The notes under the pieces are model-generated. The model was not told where the DNA came from. It saw nothing but the letters and a program-made list of their open reading frames with translations, and ran no database searches. A program made the translations under genes and the position numbers. This document shows positions 1 to 15,017 of a stretch of DNA of 64,000 nt, piece by piece. The stretch is taken from NCBI GenBank assembly GCA_951406725.2, contig OX597842.1, positions 8,370,001-8,434,000 of the forward strand, in the 5' to 3' direction. Positions within the stretch are counted from its first letter, which is position 1, and each line of letters begins with the position of its first letter. The stretch is from Octopus vulgaris. Lineage: Eukaryota.

Positions 1-159
1 ACGGGCTTCTTTCAGTTTCCGTCTACCAAATCCACTCACAAGGATTTGGTCGGCCCGAGGCTACACTAGAAGACACTTACCCAAGGTGCCACGCAGTGGG
101 ACTGAACCCGGAACCATGTGTGGTTCGTAAGCAAGCTATTTACCACAAAGCCACTCCTG

Positions 160-160
<1 letters not shown>
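1..160 (-). mobile_element. SINE family A (tRNA-derived), 5' head half, cut by window edge
   Basis: Reverse complement reads GCAGGAGTGGCTTTGTGGTAA...CATGGTTCCGGGTTCAGTCCCACTGCG (Pol III A box/B box); about 20 near-identical copies in the window. Confidence 0.85.
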
Positions 161-225
<65 letters not shown>

Positions 226-577
226 ATATATTTATGTATATATGTATATATATGTATGCATGTATGCATGCATGTATGTATGTATATAGATAGCTAGCTA
301 GATCGATAGATTTCAAAGATCTATAGCTGCTACATCTAGCTAACTACGAAGCCGGGTACAAACTCCACTGATAGGTGGCTGCTGCTGCTGTTGTGTAAGC
401 ACACCAGCTGGGGTGAGCAAGTATCTGGAGGGTCGGGTGATTCACCCATTTACCTACATAACAGAAGAGGGCGGTGGGCGAGAGGAGGCACAGGTCAATA
501 TGGATCACAGCAGCTGGAGCGGTTTCACGTTCGGTTTTATACGCAAGAAATAAATATTACATATATATATATATATA

Positions 578-796
578 TTCTTTTATTCTTTTATTTGTTT
601 CAGTCATTTGACTATGGCCATACTGGAGCACTGCCTTTAGCCGAGCAAATCAATCCCAGGACTTATGCTTTGTAAGCCTAGTACTTATTCGATCGGCCGC
701 TTATGCCGAACCGATAAGTTACGGTGACGTAAACACGCCAGCATCGGTTGTCAAGCGATGTTGGGGGGACAAACACAGACACACACACACATACAT

Positions 797-860
<64 letters not shown>

Positions 861-1050
861 TATATATATATATATATACATATATACGACGGGCTTCTAT
901 CAGTTTCCATCACCCAAATCCACTCACAAGGCTTTGGTCGGCCCGAGGCTATAGGAGAAGGCACTTGCCCAAGGTGCCACGCAGTGGGACTGAATCTGGA
1001 ACCATGTAGTTGGTAAGCAAGCTACTTACCACACAGCCACTCTTACGCCT
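578..1050 (-). mobile_element. SINE family A, full length with internal (TA)/(TG) microsatellite
   Basis: tRNA-like head, internal microsatellite, tail ...CAGTATGGCCATAGTCAAATGACTGAAAC then AAAAG-type repeats. Confidence 0.85.
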
Positions 1051-1156
1051 ATATTCTTTTATTCTTTTATTTGTTTCAGTCAATTGATTGCGGCCATACT
1101 GGAGTACCGCCTTGAAGGGTTTTAGTATACATACATATATATATATGCATACACAC

Positions 1157-1206
<50 letters not shown>

Positions 1207-1215
1207 GTGTGTATG

Positions 1216-1266
<51 letters not shown>

Positions 1267-1510
1267 TATATGACATGCTTCCTTTATTTTTTTCTTTGCT
1301 TTTGTATCTGCTCAGTTATCAGACCACGACCGTGTAGGGGGCAACGCCTTGAATTCTTTTGGGTTTAATCAATCGCCCCCGGGACTTACTTCATGCTGTT
1401 TTCTTTTATATAAACATGGTTCATATTTTATCGATCTGTTTTGCAGAAACCGGTACGTTAGAGACGGAATGACAAAGACGCACACGTGGACACATTCTCA
1501 CACAGCCATT

Positions 1511-1548
<38 letters not shown>

Positions 1549-1560
1549 CTATGTCTCTCT

Positions 1561-1605
<45 letters not shown>

Positions 1606-1640
1606 TACACACATAGGTGTGTGTGACTATATCTACATAT

Positions 1641-2232
<592 letters not shown>

Positions 2233-2399
2233 TGTCAAAATATCTTTACACATACATACACACGCACACACACAAACATACATACATACATAATACATAT
2301 ATGTGTGTGTGTGCATTTACTCGTATATATACACATACCCACATAAACATACATATACTCTGAAATACATATATATGTGTGTGCGTAAATATGCATATA

Positions 2400-3012
2400 T
2401 TATATGCATGCATGTATACGTTTGTATGTATATGTATGTATGTATATATATGTATGTTTGTTTGTGTGTATGCATGTATGTATGTATGTATGTATGTATG
2501 TATGTATATATGTATATATGTATGTATGTATATATGTATGTATGTTTGTATGTATGTATGTATTTATGTATGTATGTGTATGTATGTATGTATGTATGTA
2601 TGTATGAATGAATGTATGTATGTATGTATGTATGTATGTATGTATGTATGTATGTATGTATGTATGTTTGTATGTATGTATGTATGTATGTATGTATGTA
2701 TGTATGTATGTATGTATGTATGAATGAATGTATGTATGTATGTATGTATGTATGTATGTATTTATGTATGTATGTATGTATGTATGAATGAATGTATGTA
2801 TGTATGTATGTATGTATGTATGTATGTATGTATGTATGTATGTATGTATGTATGTATGTATGAATGAATGTATGTATGTATGTATGTATGTATGTATGTA
2901 TTTATGTATGTATGTGTATGTATGTATGTATGTATGTATGTATGAATGAATGTATGTATGTATGTATGTATGTATGTATGTATGTATGTATGAATGAATG
3001 TATGTATGTATG

Positions 3013-3043
<31 letters not shown>

Positions 3044-3350
3044 GTATGTATGTATGTATGTATGTATGTATGTATGTATGTATGTTTGTATGTATGTATG
3101 TATGTTTGTATGTATGTACTTTGATACTTTGATAGGTTTCGGCCATTATTGGCCCAGGCCATGTCTAACTTAATAGCACCACCTGTATGTATATATGTAT
3201 ATATTTATGTATGTATGTATGTATGAATGTATGTATGTATGTATGTATGTATATATGTATGTGTGTATATATGTATGTATGTATGTATGTTTGTTTGTTT
3301 GTTTGTTTGTGTGTATGTATGTATGTATATATTTATTTACGCATGTATGT
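2400..3350. repeat. (ATGT)n microsatellite array
   Basis: Direct reading; interspersed GAAT/TTGT variants. Confidence 0.95.
3118..3185 (-). mobile_element. CR1-type LINE 3' tail only
   Basis: Reverse complement CAGGTGGTGCTATTAAGTTAGACATGGCCTGGGCCAATAATGGCCGAAACC matches the LINE tail at 15960-16015. Confidence 0.7.
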
Positions 3351-3443
3351 ATGAAACCAGTGCCACTTTGTAATAACCGTGGAAAACACTAACGTCTGAT
3401 CAATAGGCGACTGACGTTACTTGTGGGATACACACGACTGTTA

Positions 3444-3479
<36 letters not shown>

Positions 3480-3586
3480 CGTGTTTGCATAAGTTATGCC
3501 TATTGTGTATTGTGTTTGAAGGAAAAATGTCACACATATGCCGGTATCACAACACAGCATTACAAAAAAATCTGTTGCTGTCTTAT

Positions 3587-3668
<82 letters not shown>

Positions 3669-3803
3669 ACATGTGTGTGTGTGTGTCTGTATGTACATAT
3701 ACATACATGCTTAAGTACATATATACATATAAATATATATATATATATATATATACTTACATATATGTATGTTTATGTGTATGTATATCTATCTATCTAT
3801 CTT

Positions 3804-3940
<137 letters not shown>

Positions 3941-4999
3941 GTGTATGAGAGGTGTTGGTATCTATATATGGGTACAGGACATAAAAAAAAAACAAACAGA
4001 GAAACGAGACATGCAACATAAAGAATATTCCCCTTCATCAGTTGTCCCTGTTTCATCTACTCCGCATTCTGAAGGCAAGGACAAGACGCGACTTCGTTGA
4101 AACAGTCCTTCTCGCAAAGCAAATTAAATAAAGTTTGGGATGGATTTTTTACAGAGGTAATTGGTAACAGTGAGGACAAAACAGAGAAAACAAACGGTGA
4201 GGGCTGTTAAGCCAAGACAATAGAAAATTTATTAGGAACACTAGGAAGACGAGCTTATGAAGGAGACAGTATAAGCACGTTGTTGTCTTTACGAAGGTAG
4301 TGGGCAGAAAAGATAGAGTCTCTTTCGTCACGTGTCAGCGACGAGAGAGTCGAGGAGGAGGAGTGAGACAGAGTGGCATATAAATATTAGGTTGAAAAAC
4401 CATTTTGGATAGAAATATTCGGCAGCTGTTTGTGGGAAGGAATTCACATCTGTTCATCCTATCGATACAACATGCTGTTTAGCAAATGCTTCGATTTGCA
4501 ACATTAGCATAACAGTACGGTCCCTGGCAGCGCGTACAAAATATGATTGCTTAAGTACTTAGAGACCGATGCGTGTATGTGTTGGCATGTGTATTAGTGT
4601 GTGTGCATGTGTGTGAGGAGTGAGTAATCTATAAGTTAGTTCATGTATGTTACGAATGACTTGAGTTCAGAACGACTGTTTAAATAAACTCACTGCTTGA
4701 ATCACGAGGGTTCTCTCGGCAGGAAAACGTTAGTACAGTTTGAAACTGACAAACATGAAAGCAGCTCTCTCAGTTTCTCCCTCCCCATCTACTTCTCTTT
4801 CGCTTTCTCTTTCTTCCTCTCTCACTCACTCACTCACTCACACTCACTTTCTCTCTCACTCACTCTCTCTCTCTCTCTCTCTCTCTCTTCATAAGATGAA
4901 CAGCTGAAGACTCTTATAAATCGGCAGTAAGTCGGTAAGCAGGCAAACAACACATGCTGCTCCTGGGCTTATCCTGCACATGTACTATATATATGTATG

Positions 5000-5037
<38 letters not shown>

Positions 5038-5041
<4 letters not shown>

Positions 5042-5245
5042 ATCCAAACATGAGCAAAGAGAGAACACAACAACGCGAGGACGTGGAACAAGTATAGTGT
5101 TATTGGACACTCAGGAAAGGAAAGAAAGAAGGAGGATTTAACGTTTCGAGCAGAGCTCTTCATCAGAAATATAGAAAAAGGAAAGGTCCAAGGAAGAGAA
5201 GACGGAGAAAGAAAATCGCCAACGATACACAGACGGTCACATATT
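5038..5245 (-). mobile_element. About 210-bp hammerhead-bearing element, family H1 (Penelope-like terminus)
   Basis: Homologous copies at 10376-10590 and 51735-51935; flanked by (TA)n. Confidence 0.7.
5136..5170 (-). ncRNA. Minimal type I hammerhead ribozyme motif
   Basis: attt-CTGATGA-a-gagc-tct-gctc-GAAA-cgtt-aaat: intact core, 4-bp stem II, 4-bp stem I, palindromic ACGT helix III. Confidence 0.7.
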
Positions 5246-5405
5246 GAAAAAAATATATATATTGTATATGTATATGTATATATATATTGTATATATATAC
5301 TCATGTACGTACACACACACACTCATACATGCATGCACACACATATAGTACATATATTATTTCACTTGTTTCAGTCATTTGACTGTGACCATGCTGAAGC
5401 ACTGT

Positions 5406-5477
<72 letters not shown>

Positions 5478-5983
5478 CATACACACACACACTTAGTCAC
5501 TCACACCTATATTTATCTACACGTATGGTCTAGAAGTCAGAGTGTTGGGCAAGCGATCATAAATCGCGGTCATAGGTGGTTCCGTTCTTGGATCGGGCGG
5601 TGCGATGAGTCTCTGAGGAAGCACTTCATTTTCAGTTTATGTAGTCTATTCAAAGGAGCGCTAGTGCAGCTCTCTTTCACTCTTTCATTCTTGTTCTCTC
5701 TCTCTCTTTCTCTCTCTTTCCCCGCTTCCACTTATATATGTTCGTCGAAACACGTCTGCAGATGGTGGAAAGAGACCTTTACATACATTACGTTACATAT
5801 TTTCTCTTTCCCATGATAAAGTTCTCTAAGCATTTTATTTTTATTTTCTAAATATATATATGCGTGTATTTGTGTGTGTTAATGCGTGTGCATGTGTCTT
5901 TGTTTGTGTGTACACCCCCCCGCATACATAAACATAAGCGAATGGAAATTCAAAATGCACTTGGGTTTTTTAAGAAGTTCTAT

Positions 5984-6405
5984 ACTCTTACTCTTTACTC
6001 TTTTACTTGTTTCAGTCATTTGACTGCGGCCATGCTGGAGCACCGCCTTTAATCGAGTAACTCGACCCCGGGACATATTCTTTTGTAAGCCCAGTACTTA
6101 TTCTATCGGTCTCTTTGCCGAACCGCTAAGTAACGGGGACATAAACACACCAGCATCGGTTGTCAAGCATTGCTAGGGGGACAAACACAGACACACAAAC
6201 ACACACACGCATATATATATATATATATATATACATATATACGACGGGCTTCTTTCAGTTTCCGTCTACCAAATCCACTCACAAGGCTTTGGTCGGCCCG
6301 AGGCTATAGCAGAAGACACTTGCCCAAGGTGCCACGCAGTGGGACTGAACCCGGAACCATGTGGTTGGTGAGCAAGCTTCTTACCACACAGCCACTCCTG
6401 CGCCT
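5984..6405 (-). mobile_element. SINE family A, full length
   Basis: Head GGCGCAGGAGTGGCTGTGTGG to tail GAAACAAGTAAAAGAG. Confidence 0.9.
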
Positions 6406-7023
6406 ATGTACCTTTATTAAAAAGATTTTTCTTTTCGTTCGTTTAAAACGGTTATTTTATTTCATAAAATTATTGGAGAAATAAATCTATTGAATAAAAG
6501 TTGCTTCTGAGTTTTTCTTCTTTCCCCCATTAATACAAATGTTGTTCCTCGTGCACATAAATTTAAATTTTACGGAAAAGATAATCATGTGTGCGCGCGC
6601 GTATAAGTATTGAGTGTGTGTCTTCACGCGTGTGTATTATGATTTCGCTTCGGCATACTGATACTATTAACCAGTTGTTAAAACTCAATATACGTATGTT
6701 TTAGAATAAAGCGTTCGGCAAGAACAGAGCGTAATATTCACATTATTTACAGTATTTATATTTGACAGATAAATAATTTAAATAACATAGATAATTCCTC
6801 ATCTCTTAAATATAGAACAGAGCGTAATATTAATTATTAAACGAACAAGGGAACAGGATTTTCGTACACAACTTCATTAGTTCACAACTGTTTCTGCTGT
6901 CGGAAGCAGTACGCTTAAATAATAATAAAAAAGAAACAAGTGGAAATTTTTACTGGTGAGTGTGTTAAATTATAAGGCACGAAAAAGAGAATAACTCTCC
7001 CCAGACACAACAGTATATATATA

Positions 7024-7150
<127 letters not shown>

Positions 7151-7786
7151 GAATTCTTTGAGTTTTATTTAAGTTCTTCTTGGAGAGGGTTCAAACCAGT
7201 CGGCAACAAAACGACGAGACATTTTGTGTTAAGATGAGTTCCCGGTGTTTGTAAATATGTAGTTGAGTTGGTGTCTTGGTTGAACTCAAGTGTGTGCATC
7301 GATTCACCCAAAAAATCTCAGATGATAACTTTTTGAAATATCTTACAGATCTTCACTGTGCCGCTAATGGATTAGATTTCGGAGTACCTACGACAGTTTC
7401 TTTTGCTCATTCACCGTGAAACCGAGGTTTTCTATGTTTTTTTTGTGCAGATTAGTTTGTACATAATCTAATGAACCTATGGTAACAGGCAGAAACGTAT
7501 GTGTATATATATATATGTATGTACTTTAATCTTTAACTATTTTCAGCTTGATAACTGTAGCCATGCTAGTGCAAGGCCATTCAATATATATATATATATA
7601 GTAAAATATATATGCATATATATTAAAACATCAAAGATAAAATGCAAGGCAATAACAATAGAATAATTAACAATATGTAAACAAGATTGACTTACTTGTA
7701 TATACTGTTATATATGTATAAGTGTGTTTTTACACACACATACACACATATATATATGGGTATATGTGAGTCTTCGTATATGCACC

Positions 7787-7818
<32 letters not shown>

Positions 7819-8167
7819 TATAAAATTCCTAGTTGTTGACGATGGTGATTATTATTATTATTATTTTTAATTATAATAATAATGTTAATATTATAATCGC
7901 TCTTGTTAATAATAATAATAATTGTGTTTCAACGGGTAAAAATTCCGGGTAGTGTAACACAAATGTTGTAAGTGGTTGAGAATACGAAGAAGAAGAAGAA
8001 ATACGAAGGATTAAGCAAAATGGCGGTTATGAGAGACTTTGGGAAAGAAGACTGACCAAGCAGACGACTTGATTCGGGTGACGGGCTAAGGCAAGATATG
8101 TATCGATTGTCCTAGAAATAAAGATATCTAGAACGAGAACGAGGTGTCGATTCAAAGCCACCTACAA

Positions 8168-8168
8168 C

Positions 8169-8228
<60 letters not shown>

Positions 8229-8720
8229 TGTAGTAGTTGTAGTAGTTGCAGTAGTTATTGTTGTTGTAGAAGGAGGAGGAGGAGGCGGAAGAGGGGGAAT
8301 TGGAAGAAGAAGAAAAAGAAGAAGAACGAAGAATGAAGAAGGAGGAGGAGGAGGAGAAAGAAGAGTAGGTATTGGAAGAAGAAGAAGAATGAAGAAAAAG
8401 AAGAAGAATGGAGAAGAAGAAGAAGGAGGAGGAGGAGGAGGAGGAGGAAGAAGAAGAAGAAGAAGAAGAAGAAGAAAAAAAAGAATGAAGAATGAAGAAG
8501 AAGAAGGAGGAGGAGGAAGAAGAGGAATTGGAAGAAGAAGAAGAATGAAGAAAAAGAAGAAGAATGAAGAAGGAAGAAGAAGGAGGAGGAGGAGGAAGGG
8601 GAGGTATTGGAAGAAGAAGAATGAAGAAGAAGAAGAACGAAGAAGAAGAAGAAGAAGAAGAAGAAGAAGAAGAAGAAGAAGAAGAAGAAGAAGAAGAAGA
8701 AGAAGAAGAATAAGAAGAAG
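8168..8720. repeat. (TAG)n/(GGA)n/(GAA)n compound microsatellite
   Basis: Direct reading. Confidence 0.95.
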
Positions 8721-9223
8721 TTTCAGGGATCAAAAAGAACAAGAAGGATATCACTTAGAATGAAGAAAGGATTAGCAAGAATTTGGCGCGATGTAACTGG
8801 TAATAGTAAAATAGGGATCTAAAATAAATCAGGGGATCAAAGGACCCTATTTATTGGAACAATGACCAATTACTAAATTGCTCGCCATTTCGCATAATTT
8901 TGCATTTTCGACGATGGTTGCTTTGTCGAACCGCTAAGTTTTTCTTGAGCAAATCCCTTTTTGAACAATATGGCGAGATAAGAAATCCGTTTGGTTTGGG
9001 TAAAGAAAGAAAAAAACAGTAAACAAAGTTGTTTTTTTTTTATTTTCTTTCTTCTGTTCTTCTTTCTTTCTTTCTTTTTTCTTTTTTTTTCTTTTGTTTT
9101 TTTTCGATTTTTTGTTTGTTTGTTTCTTTGCTTTATTTTACTTGGATCAAAACTGCACAACACCTGCTCAGGTTTCGATCCAGTATCAATAATGCTGCTA
9201 CTGCTGCTGCTGCCACCCCTATT

Positions 9224-9805
9224 ACCACCACCACCACCACACCACCACCACACACCACCACCACACCACCACCACAACCACCACCACCACTACCACCACC
9301 ACAACCACCACTACCGCCCCCACCACCACTATCATCACCACTACCACAAAAACTACCACCACCACTACCACTACTACTACCACCACTACTACCACCACCA
9401 CCACTACTACCACCACCATCACTACTACCACCACCACCACAACCACCACTACCGCCCCCACCACCACTATCATCACCACTACCACAAAAACTACCACCAC
9501 CAACACCACTACCACTACCACCACCACCACTACCACAAAAACTACCACCACCAACACCACTACCACTACCACCACCACCACTATCATCACCACTACCACA
9601 AAAACTACCACCACCACCACCACTACCACTACCACCACCACCGCCATCACTACCACCAAAAGGACCACAACCATCACCACCACTACCACCACTACTATCA
9701 TCACCACTACCACTTAAAACTACTACCACCACCACAACTATCACCACCACCACCACCACCACCACCACCACCACCACCACCACCACCACCACCACCACCA
9801 CCACT
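9224..9805. repeat. (ACC/ACT)n array with higher-order duplications
   Basis: Recurrent blocks such as ccactaccacaaaaactaccacc. Confidence 0.9.
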
Positions 9806-10166
9806 GATTTTGTTAATTGAATTGTTGTTGTTGTCATTGTCGTTGCCATAGGTCGTTTTAATATTGCTGTTGTTGTTGGTGGTGGTGGTGGGGTGGCGGT
9901 GGGGGGGGGGGCAGTTGTATCGTCGTCGTCGAAAAGTTTATAAAGTTATAAGGTAAGAAACGAAAGAAAGTGAGAAAGGAAAAAAAAAAGCAAGAAAAAA
10001 AACAGGAAGAAAAGAAAGAAACAAAGAAAGAAAGAGAAAGATGAAAGTGTAAGTATGACCATGGTGGTAGTAGAAGTAGGGGTGGTTGTTTAGTATTGTT
10101 GTTGTTGGTGTTGTTGCTTGACTTATAGACGAGTAGGTGTGAGCAAATTTCATTATTTTGTACAGA

Positions 10167-10228
10167 CCAGTGGTTCCCCACCTGTGGTCTGCGGGTCCGC
10201 AAAGGTAGTACTGGTGGGTCCGTGAACT
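10167..10228 (+). mobile_element. hAT/Charlie-like MITE end fragment
   Basis: CAGTGGTTCCCCACCTGTGGTC resembles hAT-Charlie TIRs; no partner end found. Confidence 0.4.
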
Positions 10229-10237
10229 CAGTTCTAA

Positions 10238-10590
<353 letters not shown>

Positions 10591-10594
10591 ATAT

Positions 10595-11004
10595 ACTCTT
10601 TTACTCTTTTACTTGTTTCAGTCATTTGACAGCGGCCATGCTGGAGCACCGCCTTTAGTCGAGCAACTCGACCCCGGGACTTATTCTTTGTAAGCCTAGT
10701 ACTTATCCTATCGGTCTCTTTTGCCGAACCGCTAAGTGACGGGGACATAAACACACCAGCATCGGTTGTCAAGCAATGTTGCTGGGGACAAACACAGACA
10801 CACAAACACACACATACATATACATATATATATATATACATATATACGACAGGCTTCTTTCAGTTTCCGTCTACCAAATCCACTCACAAGGCTTTGGTCG
10901 GCCCGAGGCTATAGTAGAAGACACTTGGCCAAGGTGCCACGCAGTGGGACTGAACCCGGAACCATGTGGTTGGTAAGCAAGCTACTTACCACACAGCCAC
11001 TCCT
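10595..11004 (-). mobile_element. SINE family A, full length
   Basis: Matches other copies. Confidence 0.9.
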
Positions 11005-11544
11005 AGACATAATGTATCCAGGACTACATTATCTAATGTACAGTTGTTAGTATAACTGGTAATAGCCTCAAGCCAATTCTTATCCAAGCAGACCAATGAC
11101 CAAAGATGTTCCAGTCGTGACCATCCCATCTTTTATTCAGACATAGCCTATCTTGGGCTGTATTATCTAATAATGGTTTCAAATTTTAGTACAAGGCCAG
11201 CAGTTTCTTTTTGGGGCGGGGTGGGGGTAAGTGAATTACATCGACCCCAGTGCTCAGCTGGTATTTATTTAATCGACCCCCTAAAAGATGAAAGGCAAAG
11301 TCGACCGTGGCAAAATTTGAACTCAGAACCATAGCCGGCTCGAGGGTCCCAATTAGAGAATTGCTACTGGGGCCCTCTTTTCTACAAAAGCTCAAGATTG
11401 ATGTTTTATGCTTCGTGTCGTCCGCCAGTCCCAACCAAAAAGCATTAAGGGCTTGAAGTTCCACCATTAGTCACAAGGCTATATTAAATATTAAAAGCTC
11501 ATATGAAAGTTTTTATGTTTTATTATGAGTCAAGATAATTCCTG

Positions 11545-11661
11545 ACATTCTGTTTGTGAATAGACCTAAAAACAGACTTTCCTGGCTTTCTTCTATTATC
11601 CGACATTCTGTTTGTGAATAGACCTAAAAACAGACTTTCCTGGCTTTCTTCTATTATCCGA
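11545..11661. repeat. 58-bp perfect tandem duplication
   Basis: gacattctgtttgtgaatagacctaaaaacagactttcctggctttcttctattatcc x2. Confidence 0.9.
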
Positions 11662-12067
11662 GAAGTCCTTCAAAACCATTTCAAAGCCAATGGTTTTTGT
11701 AATGTTATTTTCTAACATCCACTCAACAACCGGCGTTAGTGTGTTTACGTCTCCGTATTCTAGCGGTTCGTCAAAAGAGATCGATTGAATAAGTACCAGG
11801 CTTTTACGAAAGAAAAGGTCCTCGAGGTTTCGATTCCTGGACCGGACAACGCGTTGTGCTCTTGAGCAAAACACTTCATTTCATGTTGCTCCAGTCCACT
11901 CAGCTGGCAAAAATGAGTTATCCTCTTACGGACCGGTTTCCGTAAGAATGGTGGAAAGTTGGAAGAGATGCCGCTAAGCATTTTTCTGGGCGCGTTATCG
12001 ATTCAGCCAGCTCGTCGCATTCCCTATATTAACTAATATTCTAGTAATAAATATTAACGGTTATATA

Positions 12068-12465
12068 AGGCGGTGAGCTGGCAGAATTGTTAGCACGCCG
12101 GGCGAAATGCTTAGCGGTATTTCGTCTGCCGTTACGTTCTGAGTTCAAATTCCGCCGAGGTCGACTTTGCCTTTCATCCTTTCGGGGTCGATTAAATAAG
12201 TACCAGTTGAGTGTTGGGGTCGATATAATCGACTTAATCCGTTTGTCTGTCCTTGTTTGTCCTCTCTGTGTTTAGCCCCTTGTGGGTAGTAAAGAAATAG
12301 GTATTTCGTCTGCCGCTACGTTTTGAGTTCAAATTCCGCCGAGGTCGACTTCACCTTTCATCCTTTCGGGGTCGACTAAATAAGTACCAGTTACGCACTG
12401 AGGTCGATGCAATCGATTTGTTCCCTCCCCCAAAATTTCAGACCTTGTGCCTTTAATAGAAAGGA
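12068..12465 (+). mobile_element. SINE family B (tRNA-derived, Meta/MESC-like core), two internal units
   Basis: GGCGGTGAGCTGGCAGAA head, B box GAGTTCAAATTCC, core GCCTTTCATCCTTTCGGGGTCGATTAAATAAGTACC; core naming from memory. Confidence 0.8.
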
Positions 12466-13740
12466 ATATTAGCGGCTATAATCGATGTTGTTCCTTAGCC
12501 CCAAGTCAGTCCTTATTCAGTAGATCTATTGATGAAAGACATTCCAAAAATGACTACCTTGCCGTACAAGAAACCTACAATCACATTATCCAATTTGTTC
12601 TTTCTTAAGCATTTTTCTGGGCGCGTTATCGATTCAGCCAGCTCGTCGCATTCCCTATATTAACTAATATTCTAGTAATAAATATTAACGGTCTTTCTTA
12701 AGACGGTAGGGTGTGATCTGAGGGAAATTTGACTGCTACTTCTAGCAGGTCGAGCAACTGCGTAGAGGTCCTCGTTAGCTGAGCAGTGAGCGGAAGTGGC
12801 GCTAGCCACCTGGTCGTAGAAGTAACGCAAATAAACACCCCACCCAAAATTACTTTTAAAATAATCAAACTCACAGCTGGCACTTTGGACTTAGATACGC
12901 TTGTACAATAGAAGACGCAAAAGAAAAATAATGTTAGAGACGCTAATTACATTGAAAAAATAAACGTACTAATAACCACCACCACAACAACAATAACAGC
13001 AACGATACCCTCACCGTTACCAGTAACAACAGCAGCAGCTACACCAAGATTCTCTCAATTGCTCACTTGGCTCTCAGGAGTAATTCGATTTGAGTCAGCT
13101 CAAGAAAAAAGAGAAGGCGTGGACGAGGTATGTTACAAAAGCTAGTGCATCCTTGCCCGAAACATGAAGGGAGAAAAAGGTGAAGCCTTAGAAATAGATT
13201 CTGGTGTATGCTCTGCCTGATGTGTGACAAAATGCGTGTCATGACTGACAGGAGAAGGCATGTGGAGGTGTTTGCTTCATTGTAAAACTAGCTACGAAAC
13301 AAACAGGTAAAGTATGCCTGGTGTACCACATGCCTACCCACAGATTAGTACCACAGTACGTAGCTCTAAAGAACGCCGGGATCACGGTCAAAGACGTTAC
13401 CACAACATCGATCATTGGCTTGTCATGTTTAAATAAAGCCTATAATGAGTACGGTTTCCATCTGAAGGACAGCGCTTTTGCTACGCAGACTCACATCCTG
13501 GACCGCTTCCAAAGATACAAATGGTGTAATAACCATTCGCTGGTATGCCACCACGATGCATATGTAGGAATAGTTTCAAATATGAATTAGAAGTAACGCT
13601 AGCGTAGTAAACATTTTCGATCACACAAACTCGTGTGTCTGTGCTGCTTGTTCGCCGGCAGGCTGCGGATTAGCGCAGTGAGGATTCCTTCAAAGAGTTG
13701 TGTGGTTTTTACACAATTTATATATAGTCATCGATAATGA

Positions 13741-14058
13741 AGGCGCGTGGCTTAGTGGTTAGGGGCATTCGGCTCAAGATCGTAAGGTCGTGAGTTCGAT
13801 TCCCGGCGATGCGTTGAGTCCTTGAGCAAGACACTTTATTTCACGTTGCTCCAGTCCACTCATCTGGCAAAAATGAGATCTACCTGTATTTCAAAGGGCC
13901 AGCATTGTCACACTCTGTGTCACGCTGAATCTCCTTGAGAACTACGTTAGGGGTACACATGTCTGTGGATTGCTCTGTCACTTGCACGTTAATTTCACGA
14001 GCAGGCTGTTCCGTTAATCAGCTGGGACCCTCGTCGTCGCAACCGACGGAGTGCTCCT
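13741..14058 (+). mobile_element. SINE family C (tRNA-derived, V-domain-like core, RTE-like tail)
   Basis: A box TGGCTTAGTGG, B box GAGTTCGATTCC, GTCCTTGAGCAAGACACTT core, tail CTCGTCGTCGCAACCGACGGAGTGC. Confidence 0.8.
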
Positions 14059-14300
14059 TATATATAGTCATCGAACGGCGATTCAGTTCGCCTCCAATTT
14101 GGATCAGGTACGCGATATTGGCAAGCCACAAAAATTGCGAAACATCAATGTCCATCGCTCCTGAATGGGATTTAGGGTGAGTTGTCTTCCTTGCCACAGC
14201 CTAACGTCATTTCGTAAACAAGGACGAAATAGTCGTAAGTACTTTGTCTAGCGTGCGAACGATTCTGCCAGTTTGTCGCCTTGCACCAGTTAAATCTCTC

Positions 14301-14691
14301 TCTATATATATAAAGTTGAAGTTGTCTGTATGTGGGAGGTTTGGTAGCCTTCAACTAACACTATCTCCTCCGAGACCCTGCGGCGCAAGTTGACCAAAAT
14401 TGAGAGTATGATAGAAGAAGGCTTGCTCTTCTTTCCGTAAAAGAAAAAAATTCAAATCGGACCATGTTAACACCAAAAATTATTTACATCAAAAAGGTGC
14501 TTTTTTTCTATGAAAATCCCTATTTTTTACGATATTTTTACTGCTGTGTCGTCATTTTTCGGTGTATTTCAACCAGAAAAATATTCACTTAAAGAGAATA
14601 ACAAACTACATAATACAAAATTTTTACTCTTCAAAAATTCCAATTCTAAAGGGTCGAAACAAACCCGAGCAACGCCGGGCGATACTGCTAG
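14301..14691 (+). mobile_element. Non-autonomous Helitron, variant interior
   Basis: 5' TC; 3' hairpin CCCGAGCAACGCCGGG then CTAG followed by T; ends shared with four other copies. Confidence 0.75.
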
Positions 14692-14720
14692 TATTGATTA
14701 AAAATTGAAACGATATATAT

Positions 14721-14859
14721 ATACTCTTTTACTCTTTTACTTGTTTCAGTCATTTGACTGCGGCCATGCTGGAGCACCGCCTTTAGTCGAGCAAATCGAC
14801 CCCGGGACTTATTCTTTGTAAGCCCAGTACTTATTCTATCGGTCTCTTTTGCCGATCCG

Positions 14860-14860
<1 letters not shown>
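14721..14860 (-). mobile_element. SINE family A, 3' half
   Basis: Tail match. Confidence 0.85.
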
Positions 14861-14930
<70 letters not shown>

Positions 14931-14980
14931 CAGACAGACTGACAGGTGGACAGCCAGGCAGATTGATAGATACAGAGTGT

Positions 14981-15017
<37 letters not shown>

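Noticed and set aside
8991-9851. His-rich, Pro-rich or Gly-rich (beak/cuticle-protein-like) ORFs
   Set aside because: Several frames on both strands are open because of the (ACC)n repeat; no signal peptide or splice support
13050-13720. Long non-repetitive stretch containing an 89-aa ORF
   Set aside because: No recognisable motif or splice pattern; probably an old transposon relic, unassignable by eye
13741-13806. tRNA-like cloverleaves at SINE heads
   Set aside because: They continue into SINE bodies with no complete acceptor stem or terminator, so not tRNA genes
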